Shown: positions 37,979-52,081 of the stretch, piece after piece
How positions within the stretch are numbered: the stretch's first letter is position 1
How the letters are laid out: each line of letters starts with the position of its first letter
Origin: Phoronis australis
Lineage: Eukaryota > Animalia > Phoronida
Assembly: GCA_002633005.1 (NCBI GenBank)
Contig: NMRA01000018.1
Coordinates: 1-64,000, forward strand
Length of the DNA stretch: 64,000 nucleotides
Direction: 5' to 3'
The notes under the pieces: model-generated
Told to the model about the DNA's origin: nothing
The model's database searches: none
The model's input: the letters and a program-made list of their open reading frames with translations, nothing else
Made by a program: the position numbers and the translations under genes

Positions 37979-38844
37979 CTGTAACCAAGTCCTGTGTAGG
38001 ACCGAACTCCACCAATGTACATGTACTATCAGCCGGGCGACACTCCACGGAGCGTTGTTGGGCGATTACAGTTATTGCGTGTCACTTATGCCTATCCTAA
38101 ATTTTCAAACGACATCATTCACAGTATCATTACCTGTTTATAACGCTTTATCACCGGTAAAACAACTCGCATCGACCCGGCCGATAAATAGCAAATTCCC
38201 AGTCAATACACAAGTTCACGTCAATATGCAGTCATCCAGATGTTTACAGGCCAACGAGTGCGAACCGATGTGATTCGGGTGTTAGTGTCCCGGCTTTTGC
38301 GAGGGAAGGGTCGTTTGTTCAGTGGTTGTAAAGGGATCATTCAATGCAAGATAACTCAGTGACCGATCAAATAACTGTCACCAGACCAACTGATTGTTCA
38401 TTGTGAGTAACCATTATCGGTGAACACAGAGCTGCGTTCCTCACTATTTGTTTACGCGCTGTCTCGTTCCGGCCAACGACCTCAAATTACCACCGACATT
38501 TGGCGACGAAGTTTGTCTCAAGACCACAGAAACATCTTTTCGAATCTTTCGCTTTGGATTTGAAAAACACTTGATGTCATATCACTCTACGTTATATACT
38601 CTGTCCTGGTTACGTCACGTTTCGGGTCAGCGCAGGTGAATCGCTAAAAATGTCTTCAATACTTCTAGATCTGTTTCTCAAAGTCTGTTTGTCACTAAAC
38701 TGGTCATGTTGTTTTCTAGAACTTACTTGGGAAAGTATTTTTAAACAATACCCGCCTGTGGCCCTGTAATATTGGTGTGGTGGAAATGAACGGTCTGAGT
38801 TTAGAGGATTTCCACAGCTTCTTACATAGGATACGAGAAGACTG

Positions 38845-39001
38845 CAGGGGCGGACAAGGATTTTGAGTTAAGGGGGGCCAGTGCAGAGTGTTAGCCAGGA
38901 TTTTGCCCGTCAGACCTTTGCACCCCCCAAACTGCCAAATGGAATCTGGAAAAATTTTAGGGGGGCATGACCCCCTTGGCCCCTCTCTAAATCCGCCATT
39001 G
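38845..39001. mobile_element. CAGGGGCGGA-type MITE, copy 2
   Basis: Near-collinear with 7046-7201. Confidence 0.8.
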
Positions 39002-42000
39002 GAGTGTCTCCCTAACAGGGTCCCTTTTAAAGCGAAGGTAACATCTGGAAGTATAGTCCTAGGTAACATGTTGAAATCCTGGTTAGAATTCATTATGCGA
39101 TGATGAAGACGGGAGTCGAGTATAATATAAAGCAATTATTTTATCATAAAATGAACTTAAATTATTGCCAAACATTTTTTTCCAAAAAAATGTTCCAAGA
39201 GTTATATTCCCATAGTAATTGCTAGGTGATACTGTTGGACAGGAATGGAACTTAATTTGACCAACATATGCACAAGTACAGTGTTGGATGGGGATAAGGC
39301 TGACATCTGCCAGGATTTATATGAACACTGACTGAAGCGTGCACCTCGGTTAACTAGCGCATGGCATATCGCCGCATTCCTTTACCTCTCGTTTCAACCG
39401 ATGCTGGAGGCCTAGTGGCCAGTCGAAACAATGTAGCTGAATATGTTATTTAGGCCACGTGCGCCGAGACAGAAGTATGCAGATTTATAAGTGTGCTGCA
39501 CTCGGAAAGGTTATAGTATATTGATGCGACACTACAGCCCTCTACAGACGGTGTATACTGTGACTAAATTCGATGAATGTGGTCACTGGAACAGATTTGA
39601 ACAATGGTTGTTGCTTGCATGGGATTACGTAACATAAGAGACATCCATGCTGTTTGAAGGGCGGACGCTTGTAACGAGGGTCCAAAACCCGAGAGTGCTC
39701 CGATTGAAGAGGTACACCGGACTAGCAGCTCAGAGGGTGACTTTTTCACGACCACGAAAGCAGCATTTTTATTCGCATCAGCAGGGTTCGCTATCAGAAT
39801 TCGGAACTTTACAAGGATAAATTTTGTCCAGCTACGTATACACAAGAGTTTTCAAAAGGGCGAGGATTATAAGTGTAATGAATCCCTTTCGAAACGTGTT
39901 TCAGGAACAACGGGTATCCTTAACTTTTCTCAGCCTCATTCCCATCAAAAATAGTCAGGTAACCCTCGGGACCACTGACAGATAATCTCGGTTTTCTCTT
40001 CTGTCTGTTGCGGGCTCTGAGCGCATATTATATCCCAGTAGAAAACATGTTTGTTCCCTGTCACGTGTTTAGTAAACAAGCGTACAATATTGGTTTTCGC
40101 CAGTATTATGGACAATAGACCAAAGATTTGCTTATCCTCGGAGTCCACGGTGCGTGGTGTGGACAAGAAGCGGGTCGGCTATTCACTGGCTGGTTACACC
40201 AAAATAAACAATGGTTACCAAAAGAAAACTAAACGATATCTATGTATAAATTTCTGACCAAGGCGAGACATTAACTACGGTCATGTTAATGGGATAAGTT
40301 CTCGCAAATTAGTAATAGAAATAATGAAAATGACTGCAATAGTTTAACACTCTAGTAAGTGACATATCGCTACATGCGGAGGTACAACGGCCTCGGACAC
40401 AATGCCCTGGGGTACAGGGCCCGGAGATACAACGGAGACTCTTGATGGCTTTCAACAGATGACAAGCGCGACGTTCAATGAATGGATTAAGTCATGACCT
40501 TCGAGGAACTAATTAATATTTCAGCATCATCGACACGTGACATTTATCTAGTTCTTTCGCTCGTCCAACAAAGTGTGCGGTGTGTCCACTAAAATGAATG
40601 TTGTCGCAGTAAATAATACGTAGATTTAGCAAATCGTCACCGCTTTAATCTGTCCGATTTTGTCATAATGAATCGTAGGCTATATTGAGCCCATTGTGTG
40701 CGTTATATTCACCAGGTTACAAAAAAGATTTATACAGCGTTGGAACTCAGTTAATAGTTGCGTTCTTACCTCATAACTTAACTGCAAAATTCCACAACAG
40801 AACATTTGGTTAAACAACCGTTCAGAAGTCAAAACCTTATGATATCTCACCATTCGCCAGTTCCCAGCATATAGACGTTGTTTTCATAATTAAGTAGATG
40901 AGTAAAATAATTTGTACGTGTATTGTAACTAATTACGTTGAATACTTACACGTTAATTGCTCACCAGGCGCTCGATAATAAAGTCCTTTCAAAGCGAAAT
41001 TATGATTAATATCTCCGAGGCCCAAACAATCAAGAATCGATAACAACCAATTGTTCAGTGTTGTAAAATCGCTTGCAGGTATCGTGCTGTTAACATCCCG
41101 TCATGTCTGACGAAGTAGCAATCTGTCGATTTGGCACTGGCACAAATTTCTCGGTCAAATTTTCGACTGTGGCGTTAACCGACGCAGTACCACGGCCGCA
41201 ACAGAGCACTGTTTCGATTGAAAGTGAAGATAACTTGCAGAACACGTAGGGCCTATCTCTTCCCACGCAAAGCAGACGAGACACACGTTTCCGAACAGCA
41301 CAGGGCTCCCCGACAATGCAATAGCACGTTAACTGCGCCAACGTTTTTAGAGTGTACAAAATCAACAGCCCGGATCAACAGATGGTAACAACGTTTGCGT
41401 GTTCCGCCTTGTAAATGTCTTCACAATTTATGTTATCAATTATATATACAAACGATGTTTGTATTTAATTGTGTTTACAATACGGACGAGTCCATTAGCA
41501 TAAGGGTGTACAGAGAGGGCTTTATGTCAATATTTGTTTTCGATTTAACCAGCGTACACACCAGATGCGGCGCTAGTAGAATTAATATTTAATTAGAGAA
41601 TATATACCTGAGTTTTTAGCCTTTGAATTTTTTATTTCAACATGTATACCCAATCGAAAATCTATTCTGGACTATTTCTATATTATGTCTTGGTCTTCCA
41701 AATTACATAACTTAAAGATGGACGAGCAATGTAAATTTTGTGAATATTGGGTTGTAATAATGAATAATAACGTTAACCAAATTGATTGGATTTGCATGGG
41801 TGAAATATAGTCGTAATCTAGGAGACTAATATCTTATATGAATAGGCAGCGTATAGTCGGGGTCTCCCATCATTGCAGAAGGGAAGGGGGACGATGTTCG
41901 TCAACGGGACAGGGGATTCCAGCCAGGACTGTAAGCGGCGTCAGGCCACAAGTGCAAGAGATAAACGAGGCGTGAATTTGGTAACGAAGGGGGGGTAGGG

Positions 42001-42266
42001 TGATACGACATCGCCTGGGTGGCGATCCGGTGTCGGGGGACGCCCAACGACGAACAAAAGCGGTCCAAGTACACGACACCCGAGTCCTAACGTTTCTGTG
42101 CAATCACATATTCGTTTCAGTCTTTATCTGTTTGGCAGGATCGGACGGCTGGAGTCTTGATGCGTTCTTTCGGCACCGACACAATACGTGTGCATCTTCT
42201 GCGAGGTCAACAATCAGGTTTATGAACCGAAAGACGTGACTGTTAGCCCACTAGACAGTGGATTGC

Positions 42267-42499
42267 TCTCTCTCTCTCCCTCTCCCTCTCCCCCTCCCTC
42301 TCCNNNNNNNNNNNNNNNNNNNNNNNNNNNNNNNNNNNNNNNNNNNNNNNNNNNNNNNNNNNNNNNNNNNNNNNNNNNNNNNNNNNNNNNNNNNNNNNNN
42401 NNNNNNNNNNNNNNNNNNNNNNNNNNNNNNNNNNNNNNNNNNNNNNNNNNNNNNNNNNNNCCTTCCTCCCTCCCTCGCTCCCTCCCTCTCACTCTCTCT
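42267..42499. repeat. CT-rich microsatellite spanning a 157-N gap
   Basis: (CT)n/(CCCT)n on both sides of 42304-42460. Confidence 0.9.
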
Positions 42500-45400
42500 G
42501 ATAATATTAAAACAGATTATTGCTTTTAAAGAATTTAAGAAAAAATATACAACCACCTGTGCTAAACGCAATGGCCATATTCTTAACCCTTAACCATTCT
42601 TTAACCATAATCTAATATAAGATCCTATAAAAATGGCCAAATTTGTCTCAATTGGGCAAATCATATATCAGAGATGGCTGATATTATTCCTATGACTTTC
42701 TTTTCGGATAATATGCTTTGTGTTCTGTTCTCAAAAAATGCTAAAAATTGTTTTTAAAATGTTACACTTTTAAATATGGGTTTATCAAAAAATAGAACTT
42801 TCATGAAAAATCTTTAAAGTTGCGTGATACGAATACAAAACGGTATTTTAGAAAAATATAACAGCTTTTTTGATAACTCAACATTTCCGTCAAATAAAAT
42901 TTGATCATGGTACCGATACTGTTGTCTTGTTGTAGCCCTATACAATTCTTTTTTGCTAAAAAAACATGATGACGTGACCTACTTACTAACAAATTGGTAA
43001 ATAGTCAAAAATAAAAATCTACAGTCTTTGTACTTTCAGAGAACTTCAAACTTTTATTAAGTTAAAATCGGCAATTTTTAAGATATTTTGCTAAATGCAC
43101 GGACACGTGGATATGGTGCTACATAACCTTAAATGTATTTTATTTATGTATTTATTTAACTGGGTATGCTTTAATTGTTTTTTTTTTATGTTGCTCATTT
43201 CCTAGTTATGTTTTTATGGTAGGTTAGCCTCATTACTTAAAGTGTGGTATCTCGTTAACTGTTGTCCAAAAATATATTCTGTATACGACTTCCACTGTAC
43301 GCGCGGTACTCTAAGGTCGCCGGGAGAGTTGGAAGTACTCCGGGCCTGAAAGTTGTCGACAGTCGTTTTTGGTCGACCGCATCCGAGGGGACTAGATGAA
43401 CGCTCAAGTTGACAAAACGAAATGTATTTTATGGCGCTCAATGATAGCATGAGCAAAGGCGAATTGACATGCGCCTACAATGCACCGCAAACGGTATGTT
43501 TCTAGGGAGCTTATCAGTTTCATCTCGTACAACTGGAGAGTGGAGACACAAAGTACTGGTTCCCTTTAAAAGTAATATCGAATCAAAATGTTTTAAAAAT
43601 GATTGGTTTTCAACAATGCACCAAAACATACCACAAAGAGACACGACAGTACTTGGCATCCGGCGAAAAATGGCAGGTCTAGTGTAGCGCTTCCTAGTGA
43701 TACAGCCGATTTTTTGTGTACAGGTTTGACCCTATACCTGGCATCTCCCAGTGTTGAACAGATTCCAACAAGTGCTTCGTCCGGCATGTCACTTTGACTC
43801 TGTATTTGTATCTGCCATGCCACCGGCTGTGGGGAGTACTTAAATTTAATTGAGTCCGCGGCATTCACCACGTACCCTAGTGATGCTCTACCTGTACACT
43901 CTTCTGCCAAAGGTCAACAAGGTCTGACCAGGAGTTCAGTTTTGAGACGTGGAATGGACGCCCGGATACCTGGACGTCTAAACAGGATGACAATAATATG
44001 CGGCCATAAACACAAATCCGGGCGGATCAACAGCATGGCCGCGGCTTCATTCCGTAGCGACTGAACAAATTGGAATACCCCATTACAGGAATTTGTCATT
44101 TACACTGACTTTACAATGCCAATGAACAAGCGATGTTGGTATCCCCCGCCACTATTATGCGCAACGCTGCCCAGAGGCTTCTGTACTTAAAATCGTCCAG
44201 CGATAATCATTCATACTGTTTTCATAGAGTTAATTGAGCGTTGCGAGCACCGTTATAAAATGTACTAAACAATTATGCCTATCAAAGTATAAAGTAGCTT
44301 TTTGATAAACTACACATTTTCAAGAATCAATGATTCCAGACACAGTATAAGCGGAACAAAAAAGGAAACCGAAATTTGTAACTAAATTTACGCTCGTCAA
44401 AATAAAAGTGACGTCAGCTGCCTGACTTGTAATTAAGCAGCCCGCGCTCAATTCTCTTCACCTGATTAGACTTGCGCTATAAGCAACACAAAAGATATGG
44501 AAATGATCTGTCTGTACTCGCTAGGTAATGAGTCGATCCAAGCGGGTATTCAACGTAAATGCCAAGTTCATGTCATGTCTACCTAATACGGTAAAGATCT
44601 CAAGTAGACCAGAACACATCTCAATAATTCTGTCACTCAAACACCAGCCACTTTGATACAAAAAGATTAAAGAATGCGTCGTGTTCCTCACACTGCAATA
44701 TTTTCTCATCACCGACATTCAGCTTATTGTCTACAATTCACTACACCCCCCCCCNCGCGATATTTTTATATTTAGACACTAGAGGTGTATGTTCTAAGTT
44801 TTTTGACACGTTTTAAAATATTTTTCCCTAATAATTGAAAATCAAAGCCAACTTGGCAATTGCTTATTTTCCCGGCGAAGAGTCACGACAACTGTCCGGG
44901 AAGCAAAATCAAGCACAGGTGCGAGTTATTGCAATTGAGGTGTGGCGCTCACTGTTTTGAGATAAAACTTGTTTTAGTTGAAACATGGCCATGCGAGGGT
45001 GTTATTTTTTACATTTTTAGCAGCCATTAAGTAAAACCGGTGCCGATTTGCTGCCAAGTACGCAATGCGCTCACACAACCTGGTGGTCACACGGCAATTG
45101 CTCATTCCAGACTGATATTTTGCATCAGTTTCACGATATTGCGATAAAGGTAAGACATTAGCTGAACTAGAAAGTTTTTTCGTGTAATTTATCACCTAAA
45201 CGGGTACTGTTGCTAAATTTGAAGTACCCTCGCGATGACTCAGGGCTGACCTCGGTAGCCGAAGGTTGGTTGCGGGATATGCGATGTACATGTAGGCCTA
45301 CTTCATGAACGTATGATTATGCATTATACCATTCGTAAAGAACAGGTAAAATTGGACAATAAATACCCAAGTTTGTATAAAAAGAACGAAAATGAGAATC

Positions 45401-48170
45401 GAAAATAGCAAACAAAGTAACAACGCAGTTACGCTCACGTTTTCAAGGACAACATGATCGACATTCAGGAATTGTTCCTGAACCGATGCACAGCAACTCA
45501 GGTCACGGAAATAACCGGGAATAGTCGATGATTTGCTGATGATCTCAGCACAAAGTTGTGCTCAAAAAGGCTTTTAGTTTGAAAGGAGATGAACATTATG
45601 CCATGTTACATATTACTTAATTTGGTACGCTTTTAAGCTTTTGAACTTGATTGCCCTTTGAGATAAAGTTTTCAAACATTCAGTACAGCTTCAGCCCAAC
45701 AAGCATATTTCTAAATTTCCATCACAAAACTTTTCCACGCTGTGCTTGCGGTCACCGAACTCTAATAGTCACGTTCATTACATGTATTTCTCTTATTGTC
45801 CCTTAAACGCGAATGAGAAGGCTGAACTCAATGGTATTTTTGACGTGTTAAACAATAAAGCCCAATACATTGATCGTGAAGCTTGTCTTTTAATCTACGG
45901 ATTGTTGTCATTATCGTTAGAGGAAAATATTAGCTTGGCTAAAATGATTTCAAATATCGTGTAATGTAGCAGTAGGCACTTTAATTAAGAACTGATTCGT
46001 TACAAGTAATGCGTTTCTTTATGCATATATATTAAATATTGTATTCTCCCTTTCATTTTGTTTGTACACTCATATTACCACTTGTTACGTAATAATATTT
46101 TTGTGAACATTTATTGATTGTTATCTTAGTCTTCATGTAAAGTTTTCGCTTTAGACTGATCATGTTTACAATTGTACTATGGTCTTGAATTGAACCAAAC
46201 ATTTAACACTGCAAATTGTAGTAGCAGTCAGTGGAGTGACGTCAGATAAATTATCTTTTGAGTTAAACCCTTTTCCGCAGCGTGACACTGGTCTCAACAC
46301 TCGTGTTACCCTCGAAACAAGCTCAATTGTCTGCCGGCTTGGAAAAAATGTAGCGCAAATAATGTCCGGCTGCAGCGACGTCAATAGAGGTCCAGGACCG
46401 CAAGAAGCCAAAACTTGCGTCTACCCAAGTAAAGAAATAATCTCGTTAAAAAGTAAACAGAATCAAAAGTTTTTTTTATTTTCGGAAGGCGGATTTATAA
46501 TGCATGACGTCCAACGTTGCAATTTATGAGTTACTAGTCGCGGCCACCCATATATCGTCTGTGCACGCTCCGGCAACACAAAGGAGAAGGTATCCCCGAG
46601 ACGCAGTTTTCATGACCAGCGGTGACGTAACCTCTGTCACCCGCGGTGACAACTTTGGTCACTGGTTTCGGAGAGAGGTTAAATTACGCTCGATCACCTC
46701 GTTCCGTGTCAACTTCACCTCCAATCACCGGTGACATGGCATGTCAGTTTCGCTTGCGTAACAAAGTACGTACAGTACGTGTGATCGCCGGTTTCGGGCC
46801 ATACATGTACCTATGATTTCTTTTCATCGGTTTTTGAAGTAGGGTAAATTGCAATCGCTCCATCCAAGTCGTCGTGATGCTAAAAATGCACACAATATTT
46901 GTAATTTTGCGTGATTTGGGGCATACGCAATGTTACACTTCTTTGCTTATCCGGTTTCCGATAATGATCAACTCACGTGGCTGTGACAAATTGTTCGGTC
47001 GTGTCAAGGGTTTTGTCGTTTAAAGCGCTAGTGTTATTCGCACCGGAAACAGTGAGGAACTAATGATCGGACGCAAGATGCTCTGCCTCAAAAGCTCAGG
47101 GACAAAACTGAATCTGCGACGACAGCTGGTTCCGTGTCAACTTCTGTTTACAATTCAACATGTCAACTCGCTCCAACGTTGTTGCTATGTGTCAGCTCGC
47201 TCCATGGGTCGGCGGCTTTTCAACGTTTGTATTGCAAGCGGTTGTATTTGAGGCGGAAAAGGGGGGGGGGGCAAGTGTCTCCGGCCACTCGTGGAGTTAG
47301 GGAACAATACGCCCCCGTACAGATTCACAGCAACACCTGGGGGCAGGAGTTAATTCTCACATGATGTGCAGGTGAAACCTCCGACATGTGGCAGGAGGCA
47401 GCGACAGGGGCAGTCGAGAAAAGAAAGCCACGGCTATAACCATTTAGAGCTGAAATTGTGTAGAACGTTTGTCACTTGGAAAAGTCGAGCAAATTGATTC
47501 AGGTTTTCAATTTCAAGAAGGTATTGTAAAGTTATACGCATTTCTTCGGGAATCAACTGATCTGGCATGAGATAATGGAGTCCGGCTGTATTCATCGGCC
47601 TCCTTTATGAAATGTTTTAACTGCTATAATTTAAGGCGGCCCGGTGATACTGTCCATGACTAATCCTGTCTTTCTTGTTTATATCTTTTTTCTTAAGGCG
47701 ACAGTCAACATTACAAGTGTCCCAATAAATGTTTCCCTGTTCAGAAATCTTACAAGGTTTTACGTCAAGGAAGGAGTTCCCATCGACAGAATCACTGTCA
47801 TTGTCATATTTTGTGAAGTCGTACATTCAACCTTTTATGTAAATATGACCCAATGATGGTGGATAGTGCCCGATGACGTAATCAACTCGTGACACTCTTT
47901 TTCCTCGAGGCTGGTATTTTAAATGCCATACAGACATTCGCATACAGTTTTTGGGCAACATGTCTTGAATGTTAAATTGATCTCTTAAATGACCGACGTC
48001 CTTAGAGGGGTGGCCCTCGGACAGTTGCCGTTTGCCCTTATAAACCCGGCACTGTCAACTATTTACGAGAGAAGAAACTGGACACGTCACATGACCGAAT
48101 TAAACTAGACATGAATACTATGCGAACCAATACAGCACCAGGACATGCGATCTAAACAACCAAACACGTG

Positions 48171-48241
48171 CATGGGCGGCGCACCGTAAGGCGCTGGTGG
48201 GACTATAGCCCCCCCTTTTTTTCAGTGCTACGCCGCACATG
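48171..48241. mobile_element. Tiny CATGGGCG-ended MITE
   Basis: CATGGGCGGCG...GGGACTATAGCCC...CGCCGCACATG. Confidence 0.7.
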
Positions 48242-49079
48242 GTCTATAGGAGGTGGCAATATTCTCGATGCTGTATGAAAATAAAACTATAATTTTTCAC
48301 AAAAAAAGCTTTGGTGAAAATCGTTTTTAGGAAATCATTTCGATTGAGAGCCCGTACAAAACTCGCTGTGTCGACAAGGCTGTAGTGTGATCTTTCGAGC
48401 ATCGTGCACGTGCACAGTGTGCGACGATCGGTGTTTCGTAAGCTAACGGCACAGTGTTCATGGTACAGGATACAGCGTTCAACGATGTTCAATGTACAAT
48501 GAACATGTTTTAGGGGTGTACTATAAGTAAAGCCAACGTAGACACAAAATTCTGTGATTTTTGGAGTACCAGCTTAACTCATAAACCGTAACAGACTGCC
48601 ACTGGAAAGAACCAAAAATTAAATAAACACAACACGCGCTGAATGCGCCTTTACTCTTATGATTTGTTGCCGTGTGATGGCGCAACACGTCAAGGTCATT
48701 TTCTTCTGTTAATTTAGTAGACCTACATACTTGTGTGTGTGAGTGCGAAAATCAACGGATTTTTTTACTTTTATCAGTTAGTACTGTAAGAAATTGATGA
48801 TGTTTCAATGAACTTTGACGCACACTGGAACTTATGTAGGGCGATGAATGTTAGGCGAACAACATCGATAGCCTTACCCGGAACTCCGGTACTAATACAC
48901 TGTACATGAATATATTGCCCGTTAGGCAGTGTACCGTGGTCTGATACCCCTGAACCTCGCTATTCCAAAGTGCATCGTAATAGAGCGGACTTTTCCCAAA
49001 CTGGAGTGGACGCCAATAAAGTAAATTCTGGCACTTTATAAAAACTAATTGCAGCGGTCTGGTACACCTTGTACCAAAC

Positions 49080-49281
49080 GTGCACAGGTCGCTCGGATGG
49101 GTCCTTACACTAATAAGGCTGGTCACCTGTAACCATTTTTATGCTTTATCAAAATATAGATAAAACTGAGCCGAGGAGCTAGACATTGGACTCAAGGGCC
49201 TTAGCAAGGTGCACCAGTGGGACTCGAACCCGCGACCTTGAGTAAAGGAAGCGAACACCTATCACACTAGGTGGCACTGCC
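49080..49281 (-). mobile_element. tRNA-derived SINE
   Basis: B box GGTTCGAGTCC (49220-49230), degenerate A box, then CCCTTGAG and ATAAAAATGGTTACAGG core-like blocks; no cloverleaf. Confidence 0.65.
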
Positions 49282-50450
49282 TCCTCCATCTGGACATTAG
49301 GCCTCATTTTTACTCTCGGAAATAAACAAAATTATAACCCGGCGAAGTTTCGCAGAAAAGGTGGTGCTATTTCTCACGTATTCCTTCGGAATTCGCAATT
49401 CGTAGTAGAAGATTTCTTGCATTACTTTTACGTTTGACAACGAAGTAAGAGGTAAAATTCATGAAAGGTGACCCACTAATATATACCATCAACGGGTAAC
49501 CGCGTAAAGTAGCCAGGTCTAAAAAGTGATCTTTTCCGCGAATTTTTGTTGCACCATGATCCTCCAATTTTTGGGGGCTACCTCCACGAGGTTTGCTCTG
49601 CCTACATGGTGAAGGCTGCGAAATTGGCGACAATCATGGGGATGAAATTGATCGAAGAATCGAGCTGGCGAAGTCGAATTAGTTTGTGTACCCCCGGGAA
49701 AACGGATGCCACACCCAGAAAAATGTCCCCCTGAAGCAATAAAGAAATGCCATTGGTCATGAGGAAATAAAAAATTGTCAGACTTAATCATTAAAACAAG
49801 CATTTATTGAACTCGACAACAACAGACGTGAGTGCACTCAAATCCGTCACGCCACCTACCGACTTGATTCGGTGATTAGAAGTGTGCAGAGTACAAAATA
49901 ACAAAAAAGATATAAAGTCCACAAAACATTATTGGTTCTGGTCTGCGCACGGACTCGTTTGGAGACCTGCGCCTAAATACTTTGGAATAAAAAATAAGCG
50001 CTCATACATCACCTTAGTAAAAAGTTCTAAGTTTTTTCCATATCATATAACCCCAAACATTATCTGAAAGAGTTCAGCTGCAATTCACTCTGTTTGGAAT
50101 TAGACCTTTTACGCTCATAAATTCAGTCTCATCATATTCCTTATCATGATGGGGTTCCATTTCTCTTACCAACTTAGGGGTAAGTCACATACCATGCCAG
50201 CATTCACGCTGGTCTTTCCAATTCCCAATTTTAGGGTTGGCCAACCATAATATGAAAGTTTGAGGCGTTTTCTTGGGTCACAGAAGGTTTCAATGTTTTT
50301 GTTGATAATTATGAAATCCTATCATGACAAAAATATGATTTGGACTTCATGAAAGTGAAAGGCCCACTTCAATTATCGTTTTTAGCAAGAGTGACCTCCT
50401 TAATGACCTTCGCTGATTAATAAAGATGACCTCCAATGAATCAGTCTGGT

Positions 50451-50530
50451 CTCACCCCAGTACAGCCAGCTGCCACTAGGGGCCACTCAGTCACCTCACC
50501 CTAGTACAGCCATGCGCCACTAGGGCCACT
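50451..50530 (+). repeat. Tandem duplication, 44-bp unit x2
   Basis: CTCACCC.AGTACAGCCA...GCCACTAGGG(G)CCACT at 50451 and 50495. Confidence 0.85.
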
Positions 50531-51988
50531 AAAGATGCTGATATCCTGTTCAATTTTTCATACTATTAAATAAGTAAACAAAAAACAAGCAACATTCAAA
50601 TTAATTATCAAAACAACCAGAGAGCAGAGCTAACAATAATTTTTTAGCCTGAGGCAGTATAATTTTAACAAGCAGTTAATACAAGTAAATAAAAAAATTG
50701 ATATATATATATCCATGGACACTACAGTTAACACATGTCCAAGCACCATGTACACTTTAACTCGTGGTGAATCTAACCACTTCTGAAACACTAAATTTAG
50801 CTTTAAAATCACGAAACTCAACAACATTGATAAGACAAACCACGAAACCATTTCTAAAACGGTGCAGGTATTCCCTATTGTATCACATGGTGTAATAAAA
50901 CAGATTCAACTTGAGAACAACTACCATAGGCATGACAATGGACAACAGACACCGCCGCACTATTTGTTTGTGGGTGTACTGCCAACCTCACTAAATATCA
51001 AGTGAAATGTGTTTTGAAGGCTTCATCTTCTGAGACATGCATAACATTAGTCAACAGATAAATACCCATTGCAGCCTTTTGGCTAATTTTTATGATCGTA
51101 TTTCTTCCAAGAAAGAAGGATTTTTAACTAATTTTTCGCGAGGAATTCAATTTCAGAAGCAAAATATGTTAAAAAATTACCAGTTTCTGTCCTTGGCAAT
51201 TCAATTTATTTTAGCCAATATTTTATTGCCACTTGTGCAGTAGTTCCCGGCCTCAGTGCAGGTAAAACTCCCTGATCAGATATATTTGACAATTGGTGTT
51301 TGCTAATGCTAACACAATAGCCAACTGTATTCAGTCCAGCTGCTTGTGCTGCACCTATGTAATACTTTATGACACCTCATGATGTCATAAAACTATATGT
51401 GCCTGTTGACTGTTGACAGCCCAGCCAGATGGCTCTATATTGTGTTGGCAGGGAAGGGGATAACTAAAACTTGAGCTTCAGTTCACAAATTGGGTTTTGG
51501 CTTGAATTTTCACCTGTACTAGGTCCACAACTGCACAACACAATATACCCTTAAATCAACTTCCCCCCCCCCCCCNCCCCCCCCCCCCTGTGGATGTAAC
51601 ATACAAGATACCACGGAACGGCCCAATTTCTTAACAAAATTAAAGCGGCAATAACCCACCTTTTGATTTTGGACCCCTACAATTGTAACATTGATCCCAT
51701 CTCATCTATTCTTTACTCAGGCTAGAAATGAATGTGATAACAACTGGCAGTTCATTAATACCACCCACATTAATGAAGATTCTATTTAAGTCATGGTGAG
51801 CTAGGCCCAGTTGCTGAAGCAGTGTGGGAAATTAAAGAGGACAAGACCACGATGACATAGATCTGGATCAGTAAATTCAACTGTGAAGACAGTCGGTATA
51901 TCGCAACTTTAAATGACAACACTGATTACGTCAATTAATACAAGAGCAAAGTATACCATCATTATGGTGTTACCGTGGCAACTGTCAA

Positions 51989-52081
51989 TCACATTGTGAT
52001 GTCATCATCTTCGTTATCTTGTATTCCCAGATTGTCGCAAGCCACCATTGAGTGAGAGCGCGCTTCTCTCGACAATTTTAT
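51989..52081 (-). CDS. TMEM175: TMEM175 terminal exon
   Basis: ctgtttttacag| IKLSREARSHSMVACDNLGIQDNEDDDITM*; phase fits, but there is no homology support. Confidence 0.75.
   Translation of the reverse strand: MKLSREARSHSMVACDNLGIQDNEDDDITM

Noticed and set aside
39000-51900. Many short ORFs between LMO4 and TMEM175 (also 14000-23500)
   Set aside because: No recognisable domains or chainable exons by eye; small or non-coding exons cannot be excluded.
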